A DNA stretch of 64,000 nt. It comes from an uncultured bacterium. Lineage in GTDB: Bacteria; Patescibacteriota; Minisyncoccia; Phycocordibacterales; PALSA-1337. Position 1 is the first letter of the stretch; each line of letters begins with the position of its first letter. The notes beneath the pieces were generated by a model, which worked only from the letters and a program-made list of their open reading frames with translations, did not search any database and was not told the DNA's origin. The DNA is taken from positions 1,078 to 65,077 of the forward strand of contig CAIMDG010000002.1 of the NCBI GenBank assembly GCA_903839725.1, written 5' to 3'. The translations under genes were made by a program, and so were the position numbers. This document shows positions 49,666 to 59,442 of this stretch, one piece after another.

Positions 49666-50019
49666 TTATTTCTGCACAGTCGCCTGAGGAGGAGTTTGGG
49701 GAGGATTCTGAGTATTTTGTGTTGCACCAGATTGATTGATGGCTCCGGTTATAGCTCCTCCTATAGTATTTCTTACGCTTGAAGTGATACTCCCTCCTGT
49801 TCTGCCGATAGCAGCATCTATAACTGCTCCAGTAATATTACCTCTGAGAATATCATTTCGAACATTATTATTCATAAGTGTGCTTTTTATAACTGGATCT
49901 TGCACCTTATTAATGGCTGTGTTGATGACGTTGTTGGTCATCTTGCGGAAGTACGAGCGTACCCAAGAAATGACGACTGCAATAATAATTAATACCACTA
50001 TTCCGAGAATTTGATTCAT
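49666..50019 (-). CDS. Hypothetical membrane-anchored protein
   Basis: 117-aa ORF; N-terminal TM; GxITGA repeats; TATAAT 6 nt before the ATG. Confidence 0.6.
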   Translation of the reverse strand: MNQILGIVVLIIIAVVISWVRSYFRKMTNNVINTAINKVQDPVIKSTLMNNNVRNDILRGNITGAVIDAAIGRTGGSITSSVRNTIGGAITGAINQSGATQNTQNPPQTPPQATVQK

Positions 50020-50052
50020 GGGAACATTATAACATATTCAATTTTTCGCTTG

Positions 50053-50139
50053 CGGAGGGTAAGAGATTTGAACTCTTGATACCCTTTCGGGTATACCACC
50101 TTTCCAAGGTGGCGCACTAGACCACTATGCGAACCCTCC
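50053..50139 (-). tRNA. tRNA-Ser (anticodon GGA), CCA not encoded
   Basis: GGAGGGT acceptor, D-loop TAGTGGTCTAG, anticodon arm CCACC-TTGGAAA-GGTGG, long variable arm, T-loop GTTCAAATC. Confidence 0.95.
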
Positions 50140-50175
50140 TTCGAAATACCATCGTATCATAAAAGATACACAACA

Positions 50176-51060
50176 CTACCACTTCCCACTCGCTCCACCA
50201 CCACCTGAAGATCCACCACCAAAACCTCCGAATCCACTACCCCCTGAACCACCGCGACCGCCACCAAAGAAGATAGGCCAGAATCCTCCGCCACTACCAG
50301 GACCTGGTGGATGCTTCGAGACAATGTAGTCAAATATCAAACCAATGATAGTCAGAATAACAATTGCACCAAAACCGATGAATACGAATCCGAAGATAAG
50401 ACCAATAACGATTCCTACCCCAGCACCGAGCACACCACCGAGCCACCATGATTTGGTACTACCGAGAATACGAGCAAGAGCATTTGCGGCAATAATTATA
50501 AAGAAGAAAACAACACTCAGATTTACATGCGAACCAGAGGTATTCGACTGAGTTTGGGTTGAATAATACCGCTCGGCTTCAGGAGAACCTTGAATAAGTA
50601 AACTAACTCCCGCAACTGCACTTTTTATTCCCACACCATAATCCCCCGCCTTGAATGCGGGAATCATCGTCTTGTTTACTATATTTCCTGCTTGAATATC
50701 AGTAACAGCACCTTCAAGTCCATATCCTACTTCAATACGTGCAGCACGATCATTGGGAGCGACGAGAATGAGGAGACCATTATCTTTTCCTTTTTGGCCA
50801 ATTCCCCATTCTTGGAATAACTTCGTCGCATAGGTTTCAATAGTTTCGTTACCAAGAGCTTGAATAGTCACAACGGCAACTTGAGCACTGCTTGAATTCT
50901 GAAGTGCCTGTAGCTGACTATTCATCGTCTGAATATCAACCGCTGACAAAATACGCGCAAAATCACTCACAAATCCTTGAGGTTTGCCTGGACTGGTATA
51001 GGCGAAAAGACTTACAGGAAATACGATGAACACGCCGATACATAGGAGGATTTTTTTCAT
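50176..51060 (-). CDS. TPM-domain (YgcG-like) protein
   Basis: FVSDFA..QVAVVT..WGIGQKGKDNGLLIL..RIEVGYGLEG; Gly-rich tail GGGSSGGGGASGKW. Confidence 0.9.
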   Translation of the reverse strand: MKKILLCIGVFIVFPVSLFAYTSPGKPQGFVSDFARILSAVDIQTMNSQLQALQNSSSAQVAVVTIQALGNETIETYATKLFQEWGIGQKGKDNGLLILVAPNDRAARIEVGYGLEGAVTDIQAGNIVNKTMIPAFKAGDYGVGIKSAVAGVSLLIQGSPEAERYYSTQTQSNTSGSHVNLSVVFFFIIIAANALARILGSTKSWWLGGVLGAGVGIVIGLIFGFVFIGFGAIVILTIIGLIFDYIVSKHPPGPGSGGGFWPIFFGGGRGGSGGSGFGGFGGGSSGGGGASGKW

Positions 51061-51075
51061 ACCACAAAACGAAGT

Positions 51076-51630
51076 TTAGAACTTCACCTGAGGAGCATTT
51101 TCAGCACCAGCAGCGGCGTTGAAATACTGTCGCTGAGAGAAACCGAAGATTGATGCGATGATCGAACTTGGAATACGCATTACTTTGAGATTGTATGCCT
51201 GAACACTTTCGTTAAAGCGCATACGTTCAACACTGATACGATTTTCAGTTCCTTCGAGAGATACCATGAGTGCTTGAACTGTTTCAGATGATTTGAGTTG
51301 AGGATAGTTTTCAGTGATAACCAAGAGTCTTCCAAGAGCACTTTCAACCTGACTAGCAGCCGCAGCTTTCTGGTCTGGAGTTGTGGCACCAGCATAATGA
51401 GTACGAGCATCAGCAATAGCAGTGAAAACTGCTTGTTCCTGCTTCATGACTCCTTTTGCAGACTCTACAAGGTTAGGAATCAAATCAAAACGAAGTTGAT
51501 AGCGAGCCTCGACTTGTTTCCACTGCGTATCAGCACCAACGTTGAGTGTAACGAGACTGTTATATGTACCAAATCCATAGAGGACAACCAGTACGACAAT
51601 GACACCAATGATAATGAGTGTTTTCTTCAT
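51076..51630 (-). CDS. lemA: LemA family protein
   Basis: YNSLV..RFDLIPNLVE..ENYPQLKS..TENRISVER. Confidence 0.92.
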   Translation of the reverse strand: MKKTLIIIGVIVVLVVLYGFGTYNSLVTLNVGADTQWKQVEARYQLRFDLIPNLVESAKGVMKQEQAVFTAIADARTHYAGATTPDQKAAAASQVESALGRLLVITENYPQLKSSETVQALMVSLEGTENRISVERMRFNESVQAYNLKVMRIPSSIIASIFGFSQRQYFNAAAGAENAPQVKF

Positions 51631-51635
51631 ATATG

Positions 51636-52322
51636 TTATTTCTTTACTGGAGCAACTGTTGACTCATCAACACCGACAGCACTCGCAACGAAGGTGAATG
51701 ACTTGACCATGTCTGTGAATGCAGTATCTACAGTATTGATGATTGCCTTGTTGTTATTTTGAGCTTGAATAATATTTGAGCCAGTAAGATTCTTGGTCTC
51801 TGGAGCAAGAGTGACAGATGAGAATGTGAAGACGTAACAAACATTACCCTTTTGGAGGGAGTACATGCGATTGAAATATCCACGACCTTGAACTGTATTT
51901 GAGATTGAAATTGTATTGAAGGTATTATCTCCGACAACAACTGTGCCACGATCCTTCACAGTTATAACTGGTGGGAATGAACACTTTCCTGAACCAACAC
52001 CAATGTCGATTTGAAGTTTATTGAGTGTTGAAACTTGCGTATTGTCGATAGGAACAATGAATGAGACTCCATCATTTGCCCCTTCCTTTTCCCATGCTGT
52101 TGGGTATTTAACTGAAAAACCAAGTTCAGCATTTTGATAACTTGAGAGTTTGTCTGAAACCTTTGTCACCGCTGTTGCGGGTACAGATGTAGCATTTCCG
52201 GAATTGTCCGTAGCTACTGATGTAGTATCGGTAGTTGTTGGAGATGATGCGGACTTAAACCATATAATTGCAATAACGATGACGACAATAATAACGATGA
52301 TACTTATAGTTGTTTTTTTCAT
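51636..52322 (-). CDS. Membrane-anchored PsbP-like surface protein
   Basis: N-terminal TM; YQNAELGFSVKYPTAW; C-terminal MVKSFTF. Confidence 0.55.
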   Translation of the reverse strand: MKKTTISIIVIIVVIVIAIIWFKSASSPTTTDTTSVATDNSGNATSVPATAVTKVSDKLSSYQNAELGFSVKYPTAWEKEGANDGVSFIVPIDNTQVSTLNKLQIDIGVGSGKCSFPPVITVKDRGTVVVGDNTFNTISISNTVQGRGYFNRMYSLQKGNVCYVFTFSSVTLAPETKNLTGSNIIQAQNNNKAIINTVDTAFTDMVKSFTFVASAVGVDESTVAPVKK

Positions 52323-52416
52323 ATAATTACGGTTAATGTTTAATACCCCTTCGTGTACAATGATTTCGCTATTATAACATATAGCTCCTTTTTGGGAATG
52401 AGGTTGAAATTACACA

Positions 52417-53121
52417 CTATAACTGACCAACAATACGAAACTTCGTAACCACCTCATTAAATAGTTCGATAATTGTCTTCATATGTGTAGCATGAGCATC
52501 GTCGTATCGTTTGATAAACGCTTGATCATCAACATACAGACCTGCACCATTTGAGCCATGATCAAATAAGTAGATGCTATAGCATATGCCCTCCTGACTT
52601 GTTGTTGTATACATAACTTCTAGGTAGCGATTGCCTGCAGCAACATCCTGACTTATATGACGAGTGAATGTATACCCATTCAATTCAACAGAAGATGATG
52701 TTGCCATAGCGTCATTCAACAGACTTGAACATGTTGAACTCGCGGCGATAGTAATTTTTACATCATCGAGAAGTGGCCAAGAAAAATACGTTTCTTTTGG
52801 AAAGGCGAGTATGGTACTTGATTGATCACCATTCAAGATGAGATCAGGTGGATATGAAACCTGAAATCCCAACGTATCGTGTGTATATGTTTTCCATGAA
52901 GAAGTATCGAGCGTTGAAGATGCCATAGTGCCCACATCGGCTCCAAATAGTGAAATTGTACTCGTGGCTTGTTGGTCGCTAACTGTTATAGAAGAATCTA
53001 TTGGTGTGAACAATGGCGTTCGCTTCTTATTCACATATTGATAGCCCAGCCAAACAACCAAAGCAATAATCAAGACGACAATAAGTACAGCTATAGATTT
53101 AAATAGAGATTTCATGCACAC
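52417..53121 (-). CDS. Membrane-anchored PsbP-like surface protein
   Basis: N-terminal TM; WKTYTHDTLGFQVSYP; C-terminal EVVTKFRI. Confidence 0.55.
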   Translation of the reverse strand: MCMKSLFKSIAVLIVVLIIALVVWLGYQYVNKKRTPLFTPIDSSITVSDQQATSTISLFGADVGTMASSTLDTSSWKTYTHDTLGFQVSYPPDLILNGDQSSTILAFPKETYFSWPLLDDVKITIAASSTCSSLLNDAMATSSSVELNGYTFTRHISQDVAAGNRYLEVMYTTTSQEGICYSIYLFDHGSNGAGLYVDDQAFIKRYDDAHATHMKTIIELFNEVVTKFRIVGQL

Positions 53122-53171
53122 AATTGTAGCAATTCGTTCCCCAATATACTATTCCTTGTTACAATTCAAAT

Positions 53172-54089
53172 ATGAAATTACGTGCAAAGGAAATATATAC
53201 TGTATGTATTCTCTTTATTGTACTGATCATTATTCTCGGAATAGCTGATATAAAAAAACAACGTGTAGCCTCTTTGGATACCACATCGATGAAAAGGCAT
53301 GTTGTGGACATTATACTGTCACCGCACTATGACGATGCAGTACTTTCCCTCGGCGGAATGATAGATGCGCATACAAATAAAAAAGTAATCGCTACATTCT
53401 TCACGTCCGACTCACGCGGTGTATCACATACACAGTGGGATACGTGGTCAGGATTTTCGAATAGCCTTGAATTGGTGCGTGCGCGAGCACAAGAGAATGC
53501 CAATGCGCTTTCACATTTCAAAGATACAAATCTCGTCAATTACACATATTCTGATTTTCAATACGACAATAGAACAAGCTCGAGTTCAGAATCACTTAGA
53601 AAAAATATAGTAACTGATATCAATCACCTTCTCACCATGTATGGCGACACTGAAATACACATATATGGGCCATCATATTTCGGCACACGTATCACACACC
53701 CCGATCACGCCCTGTTACACAGTGCATTTATCGAACTATTCAAAAACACACACAATACTCATATAACATTTTATCTGTATGAGGATTTCCCCTATATAAA
53801 CCGTTATTTGAAAGAAGTACCGAATGTACAGCTAGATACGTATATTGCAAACAGTGACGGGGTCGATCTACATCCGTATCCGGTATATCTGAATCAAGAA
53901 AATGTATTACACAAAAATGATGCTCTGCATGAATATGTGTCACAAATACGAGCACTTTCACGTGGGGTAAAATCTGACATAACGACCTTAGATACTATTT
54001 TCAACGAACAAAGATGTTCAAAGGACCCCATAAAGCCATATGCATGCGAGATTGTGTATGAACTATCTCATAAAATAGAGACTCGATAG
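53172..54089 (+). CDS. PIG-L/LmbE-family deacetylase
   Basis: LSPHYDDAVLSLGG, RAQE, HPDH, YEDFPY, YVSQ. Confidence 0.85.
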   Translation: MKLRAKEIYTVCILFIVLIIILGIADIKKQRVASLDTTSMKRHVVDIILSPHYDDAVLSLGGMIDAHTNKKVIATFFTSDSRGVSHTQWDTWSGFSNSLELVRARAQENANALSHFKDTNLVNYTYSDFQYDNRTSSSSESLRKNIVTDINHLLTMYGDTEIHIYGPSYFGTRITHPDHALLHSAFIELFKNTHNTHITFYLYEDFPYINRYLKEVPNVQLDTYIANSDGVDLHPYPVYLNQENVLHKNDALHEYVSQIRALSRGVKSDITTLDTIFNEQRCSKDPIKPYACEIVYELSHKIETR

Positions 54090-54245
54090 TATTATAAATG
54101 CCAATAACTTAAGACGATTATTATTAACCACAAAGGTCAAATCTGTTGTGCTTCAAGTTGAATCTGTTCCTGATGTGAATATTTGACTTATACTATAATA
54201 TATGTCATTATTGCACAGTAATAGTTTTTTGACATCCCTATTGGT

Positions 54246-54295
54246 GTTGGACGTATCTTCAAGCACATAATTATGTTCTGGAAGATACGGCTAAC
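54246..54295. repeat. 50-bp imperfect palindrome in leader of ORFan
   Basis: GTTGG-A-CGTATCTTC-A-AG-C-ACATAA|TTATGT-T-CT-G-GAAGATACG-G-CTAAC. Confidence 0.7.
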
Positions 54296-54352
54296 TGAGT
54301 TGCGAAACACAAACATCAACCAATACATATAGACGAAAGGATAAGAATACTT

Positions 54353-54847
54353 ATGGATAGAAATCAAATCATTGCAATAATCATATTAGTTCTTGGTGCA
54401 GTTGGATTTATTATCTGGTGGTTATTCTACGGAATGCCCGAATCTCGCTATAAAATTCCTTCAAAGGAAGAATCTGAGCAAGAAGAACTACAGGGAAAAC
54501 GTGGAAGCAAAAAAGAAGAGTTTATCTCAACTTTTGGATTCGAACCGGGTCTATTGTCCCAAGATAGATACAAGAAGGAGGTCTTGATAAAACTCGGACT
54601 ACTCGCAGAAGCATTGCAAGTAGCTGGACAGGAAGCATTAAAAAACCCTGGTTACTCATATTATAGAGGGTTCTACGACGAGCGCTCCGCATCATACAGT
54701 GAAATGCTTCAGCTTATAGGTCTTTATGATGCTGAATTCCAAAGAAACATCCCTCACTGGACAGAACTGCCAGTGTTTGCTCATGGATGGCTCGATGGGA
54801 AAAAGACCCGGAATAAAAATAGTAAAGCAACAGTCGAATGTGACTAA
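54353..54847 (+). CDS. Hypothetical membrane-anchored protein (stand-alone ORFan)
   Basis: 164-aa ORF; N-terminal TM; upstream TTGACT and GAAAGGA; hairpin at 54858-54900. Confidence 0.6.
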   Translation: MDRNQIIAIIILVLGAVGFIIWWLFYGMPESRYKIPSKEESEQEELQGKRGSKKEEFISTFGFEPGLLSQDRYKKEVLIKLGLLAEALQVAGQEALKNPGYSYYRGFYDERSASYSEMLQLIGLYDAEFQRNIPHWTELPVFAHGWLDGKKTRNKNSKATVECD

Positions 54848-55096
54848 TGACAAACACGAAAGCCCCGCGCTACGTTCTAATCGTAGGCGGGTTTTCTTTT
54901 ATATAAACAACGATATTAACGACATATTCCCCACCACAACAGAAAGATAAATCAAACTAATGAAAGTAAATAAGTGACCCTCTTTTTTGTTGTTTCTAAA
55001 TCACCGAAAACTTTGAACTACTCAAAAGTATGAAAATTAGCCCTCCAAACGAGTAAACTTGCAAAAAAATAGTCAAAATGATACGATATTTCTCAC

Positions 55097-55318
55097 ATGA
55101 AGTCCCTTCTCCCCTATATTCAGATAATCATATCCGTTATTTTAGTTGCACTCATCCTTCTTCAGCGTACTGGAGCACAAGTAGGTGGCGCATTTGGCGG
55201 TAGTGACAATCTCAGTTCTGCATATCATACCCGTCGTGGATCGGAAAAAGGACTTTTCATTGCAACAATTGTACTTGCTATTATTTTTGCTGTTTCAGCT
55301 TTGATTAACTTATTGTAA
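55097..55318 (+). CDS. secG: Preprotein translocase subunit SecG
   Basis: ILLQ..G..GGAFGGS..TRRG.EK..TIVLAIIF. Confidence 0.9.
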   Translation: MKSLLPYIQIIISVILVALILLQRTGAQVGGAFGGSDNLSSAYHTRRGSEKGLFIATIVLAIIFAVSALINLL

Positions 55319-55438
55319 TTTTTAATTACTCAACTATATAGTATCGATGCGACTGCGATTATTCGCACATATGCGGATATATCGCATTATCCTACAATTC
55401 CAGGAAACTCAATCGCATTGATATAATAAACAATCAAC

Positions 55439-57178
55439 GTGTCTACACAACCACACAAAGAATTACGCATTAAACGCGGTTCTCATATACTTGAATATAT
55501 TCGCGCATTTTCAGCTACCGAAAAAGCAATCTTCGGTGTATGTGTATTGATTGCGCTGTATACATCCCTTATGTTGCTTTCTTCAGTCAATACATATTTT
55601 ATGACTGATATTCCTGCACACGGTGGTGAATTACGCGAAGGTATGATCGGTCTTCCTCGAACCATCAACCCTATATTTGCACTTTCAGGAACTGATCGGG
55701 ACATATCGACACGTGTATATTCTGGCCTCATGAAATACCAAGGTGACACGTTGGTAGGTGATATTGCAAAATCATACAATGTATCAAGTGATGGTCTCAC
55801 CTATTCATTTGTTCTTCGTACGGACGTACAATTCCAAGATGGTACACGTCTCACTGCAGATGATGTGGCATTTACGATCCAGAAAATTCAAGATGCAGCT
55901 CTCAAGAGTCCTCACAGATCTGATTGGTTGAATGTTGGAGTCAAAGTAACTTCACCTTCAGAAATACAATTCATCCTCAAACAGCCATACAGTCCATTCT
56001 TGGCAAATACAACTATCGGTATTATTCCAAAACATATTTGGGGAGGTGTGAGTGATGATCAATTTATTTTCAGTCAATACAATATCGAACCAGTTGGTTC
56101 CGGACCTTACAAAGTGACAGGAATTGTTCGCGATGCCGGTGGTATCCCCACAACATACACCCTTTCAACATGGAACGGATACTACGGAACAATACCGTAT
56201 ATACAAACTATCACTCTCGTATTCATAGCTGACGAAACAAATGCCATGAGTGCAATCGATGCAGGAACTATAGATAGTCTTGCGTCGGTATCACCACTTG
56301 AAGCAAAGCGTCTTGCAGGCGAAAAAGCAGGCAGTTACAGCGTACTTTCAAGTCCACTCCCAAGAGTGTTTGGTGTCTTTTTCAATCAAAATCAAAACAT
56401 TGTTCTTGCTGACAAGAATGTACGCCAAGCTCTCGATATGTCTGTCGATCGTACGGGCATTGTCCAAAAGATACTTGGTGGATACGGCGAACCTATTCAA
56501 GGACCTTTGCCTCACGGCATGGGCACGACAGTCGACACAAATGATCTTCCTGATATTGCCGGTGCACAAGCACTTCTCGAAAAAAATGGCTGGAAGAAAA
56601 ATGCTGATGGTATTTACGCGAAGATAAGTAAAGATAAAAAGACTTCTCAACTACTTTCATTTGATATTGATACCGCAGATACTCCTGACCTGAAACAAAC
56701 TGCAGAGCTCGTGAAAAATTCATGGACGGCTCTCGGTGCTCAGGTAGATATCAAAATATTTGAATCAAGTGACCTCTACCAAAACATTATTCGCCCACGA
56801 AAATATGATGCACTCTTATTTGGAGAGCTCATCGGAAAAGATCGTGATCTCTATGCATTTTGGCACTCTTCACAGAGAAATGCCCCAGGTTTGAATGTCT
56901 CAATGTATACAAATACAAAAGCAGACAAACTGCTTGATGACATTAGAACGACAAGTGACGAATCAGTACAAACACAAAAATACACACAGTTCGAAAAAAT
57001 TATTCACGATGATATCCCCGCAGTCTTCCTCTACACTCCAGATTTCATCTACGTAGTTCCCAAATCAATCCACAATATTTTTATTAATAACATATCAACA
57101 CCAGCAGATCGATGGAATTCCATGCAATCATGGTACCTAGAAACAGAAGCTGTATGGAATATATTCGCTAATAAGTAA
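55439..57178 (+). CDS. Peptide ABC transporter substrate-binding protein (family 5)
   Basis: SSDGLTYSFVLR..FQDGTRLTADDVAFT, PVGSGPYK, VRQAL..VDR. Confidence 0.88.
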   Translation: MSTQPHKELRIKRGSHILEYIRAFSATEKAIFGVCVLIALYTSLMLLSSVNTYFMTDIPAHGGELREGMIGLPRTINPIFALSGTDRDISTRVYSGLMKYQGDTLVGDIAKSYNVSSDGLTYSFVLRTDVQFQDGTRLTADDVAFTIQKIQDAALKSPHRSDWLNVGVKVTSPSEIQFILKQPYSPFLANTTIGIIPKHIWGGVSDDQFIFSQYNIEPVGSGPYKVTGIVRDAGGIPTTYTLSTWNGYYGTIPYIQTITLVFIADETNAMSAIDAGTIDSLASVSPLEAKRLAGEKAGSYSVLSSPLPRVFGVFFNQNQNIVLADKNVRQALDMSVDRTGIVQKILGGYGEPIQGPLPHGMGTTVDTNDLPDIAGAQALLEKNGWKKNADGIYAKISKDKKTSQLLSFDIDTADTPDLKQTAELVKNSWTALGAQVDIKIFESSDLYQNIIRPRKYDALLFGELIGKDRDLYAFWHSSQRNAPGLNVSMYTNTKADKLLDDIRTTSDESVQTQKYTQFEKIIHDDIPAVFLYTPDFIYVVPKSIHNIFINNISTPADRWNSMQSWYLETEAVWNIFANK

Positions 57179-57180
57179 TT

Positions 57181-59235
57181 ATGAACCCAATAACACCACA
57201 ACCCAATAACGCTCCCGAAGCCAAGAAGACGACACCAGCAGGTGCACCTCGTCCTACCGGACAGACGCATAGTCGTAATGCATTCTTCCATAAGCATCGT
57301 CATTCGAATTCAACTCTTCATACCCGCACACTTCGTGCACCAGAATCCCCTGCACGCGCAAGTTCATCTACGTCACAGCACGGAGCTGCTGCGCCTCGTA
57401 TGGTGCTCGGTAAAGGTGCTCACAAGCATCCAGAAGTAGTGAAACATATTGCAGGCGCTCGCATGCAAATCGTCCGCCCAGATGCTGCTCGACCAATGCG
57501 TCGCAGTACTCCAAAACCTCTCGTACGTCGTGAGGGAGACACAATTCCTGCTCCTGCAGCTGATACCGTTCGTATCATTCCTCTTGGTGGTGTTGAGGAA
57601 ATCGGCAAGAATATGACCGCCATCGAATATGGTGGTGAAATTATCGTTATTGATATTGGGTTCGGATTCCGTGATGAAACTACACCAGGTATCGATTTCA
57701 TATTGCCCAATACAAAATATCTCGAAGAAAGACAAGATAAAGTTCGTGCAGTTATTATTACACACGGACACTTGGACCATATCGGAGGTATTCCATTCGT
57801 CATGCCACGTATAGGCAATCCACCGATCTATACTCGTCTACTTACCTCTGTACTTATTTCAAAGCGCCAAGAGGAATTCCCTCATGTACCGAAGCTCAAC
57901 ATCAAGATTGTTGAGAAAAATGAAACTATTACTGTTGGTAAGCTCCGCATCAAATTCTTCGCAGTGACCCACACGATTCCTGATGCTATGGGAGTTATCA
58001 TTGAGACTCCATATGGATCAATCGTTCACACAGGAGACTTGAAACTCGACCACGTCGCTGGTGTTCCTACGGAAGAGGAAGAGGCCGAATATGATCGCGT
58101 ATTCAAGAATGAAAAAGTACTCATGCTCATGGCTGACTCAACCAACGTCGAAAACCCAGGCTTCTCTATTCCTGAAAAGACTGTTCACAAAAATATCGAG
58201 GAAATCATTCGTACAGTTCAGGGTCGTCTCATCATCAGTACATTCTCATCCCTTCTTGAACGCTTGCTCAAGATCGTTGAATTCGCGGAGAAATACAATA
58301 AAAAAGTTATTGTCGAAGGACGAAGTCTCAAACAAAATATTGAAATCTGTAAACATATTGGTCTTCTCAAAGCCAAAAAAGAAACCCTCATTTCAAGTGA
58401 TGATATAGACAGTTACCCACCAGACCGTATCATCATTCTTGCTACAGGAGCTCAAGGCGATGAATTCGGAGCTATCATGCGCATGTCGAACAAAACACAT
58501 ACCAAGATTTCCATCAACCCTCGCGATACCATCATGCTCTCTTCATCAGTTGTCCCTGGCAATGAACGTGCAGTGCAGAAGCTCAAAGATAACCTTTCAC
58601 GCCAAGGTGCAAAGATTATCCACTATCGTATGGCAGAAATTCACTCATCTGGTCACGCCAATCGTGATGAGACAGCCTGGATTCATCGCAAGATACATCC
58701 GAAGTTCTTCATGCCTGTGCACGGCTATCACTACATGCTCCGCGTTCATGCAGATATTGCAAAGGAGACCAATGGTCTCACCGAAGCTGATGTTGTCATT
58801 CCAGACAATGGAAGTGTTATCGAAATTCAAAATGCCGGAACCAAGCTCGCTCGTCTCAAAGAGAAGGCTGCTTCAGGACTCGTGCTTGTGGATGGATTCT
58901 CTGTCGGAGATGTGCAGGATGTTGTCATTCGTGACCGTCAGGCCCTCGCCAAGGATGGTATATTCATCATCTTCGGTATCATGAATGGTCAGACTGGTAA
59001 ACTCAAAAAGTCTCCTGATATCATCTCTCGTGGTTTCGTCTATCTCCGTGAGTCACAAGATTTGCTCCATGAAGTACGTCTCCTCATCAAAGATACTGTT
59101 GAAAAGTCAGCTCGTGGACAAAATCCGATCAACATTGATTTCATTAAAGACAATGTCACTGACGCCGTCGCCAAATTCTTGATGCAAAAGACTGCAAAGA
59201 GACCGATGGTTATCCCCGTTATCCTTACTATATAA
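57181..59235 (+). CDS. rnj: Ribonuclease J with long basic N-terminal extension
   Basis: PLGGVEEIGKNM, THGHLDHIGG, HTGDLK, HSSGH, PVHG, RPMVIPVI. Confidence 0.95.
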   Translation: MNPITPQPNNAPEAKKTTPAGAPRPTGQTHSRNAFFHKHRHSNSTLHTRTLRAPESPARASSSTSQHGAAAPRMVLGKGAHKHPEVVKHIAGARMQIVRPDAARPMRRSTPKPLVRREGDTIPAPAADTVRIIPLGGVEEIGKNMTAIEYGGEIIVIDIGFGFRDETTPGIDFILPNTKYLEERQDKVRAVIITHGHLDHIGGIPFVMPRIGNPPIYTRLLTSVLISKRQEEFPHVPKLNIKIVEKNETITVGKLRIKFFAVTHTIPDAMGVIIETPYGSIVHTGDLKLDHVAGVPTEEEEAEYDRVFKNEKVLMLMADSTNVENPGFSIPEKTVHKNIEEIIRTVQGRLIISTFSSLLERLLKIVEFAEKYNKKVIVEGRSLKQNIEICKHIGLLKAKKETLISSDDIDSYPPDRIIILATGAQGDEFGAIMRMSNKTHTKISINPRDTIMLSSSVVPGNERAVQKLKDNLSRQGAKIIHYRMAEIHSSGHANRDETAWIHRKIHPKFFMPVHGYHYMLRVHADIAKETNGLTEADVVIPDNGSVIEIQNAGTKLARLKEKAASGLVLVDGFSVGDVQDVVIRDRQALAKDGIFIIFGIMNGQTGKLKKSPDIISRGFVYLRESQDLLHEVRLLIKDTVEKSARGQNPINIDFIKDNVTDAVAKFLMQKTAKRPMVIPVILTI

Positions 59236-59248
59236 TTCACAGAAACAA

Positions 59249-59280
59249 TAAAAACCGCCACAGCGATGTGGCGGTTTTTA
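59249..59280. terminator. Bidirectional terminator
   Basis: TAAAAACCGCCACA-GCGA-TGTGGCGGTTTTTA. Confidence 0.85.
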
Positions 59281-59306
59281 GTATAAAGGAATACTTTCAC
59301 GAGTAG

Positions 59307-59428
59307 AGAACAGACGTAATATGCACGGTTTTTAAGACCCTTCGGAGCCACGAAGAGTGGCGAGAATGAGTGCGCGTTCAGCAGAACGCGACACGTGTCT
59401 TAAAAACCGTGCATATTACGTCTGTTCT
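59307..59428. repeat. Long palindromic element with branched core (type B)
   Basis: Perfect 32-bp arms 59307-59338 / 59397-59428; 58-nt core with hairpins GCCAC/GTGGC and CGCGTTC/GAACGCG. Confidence 0.9.
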
Positions 59429-59442
59429 AAACCAAAAACGTA

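Noticed and set aside
34263-50139. ABC locus as a tRNA-Ser-integrated genomic island
   Set aside because: It lies 3' of the tRNA, but no integrase and no duplicated tRNA 3' end were found by eye.
57181-57550. Long basic low-complexity N-terminus of RNase J (and Lys-rich N-terminus of RpoD)
   Set aside because: Disordered extensions on these proteins are common, and no repeat or palindrome underlies them.
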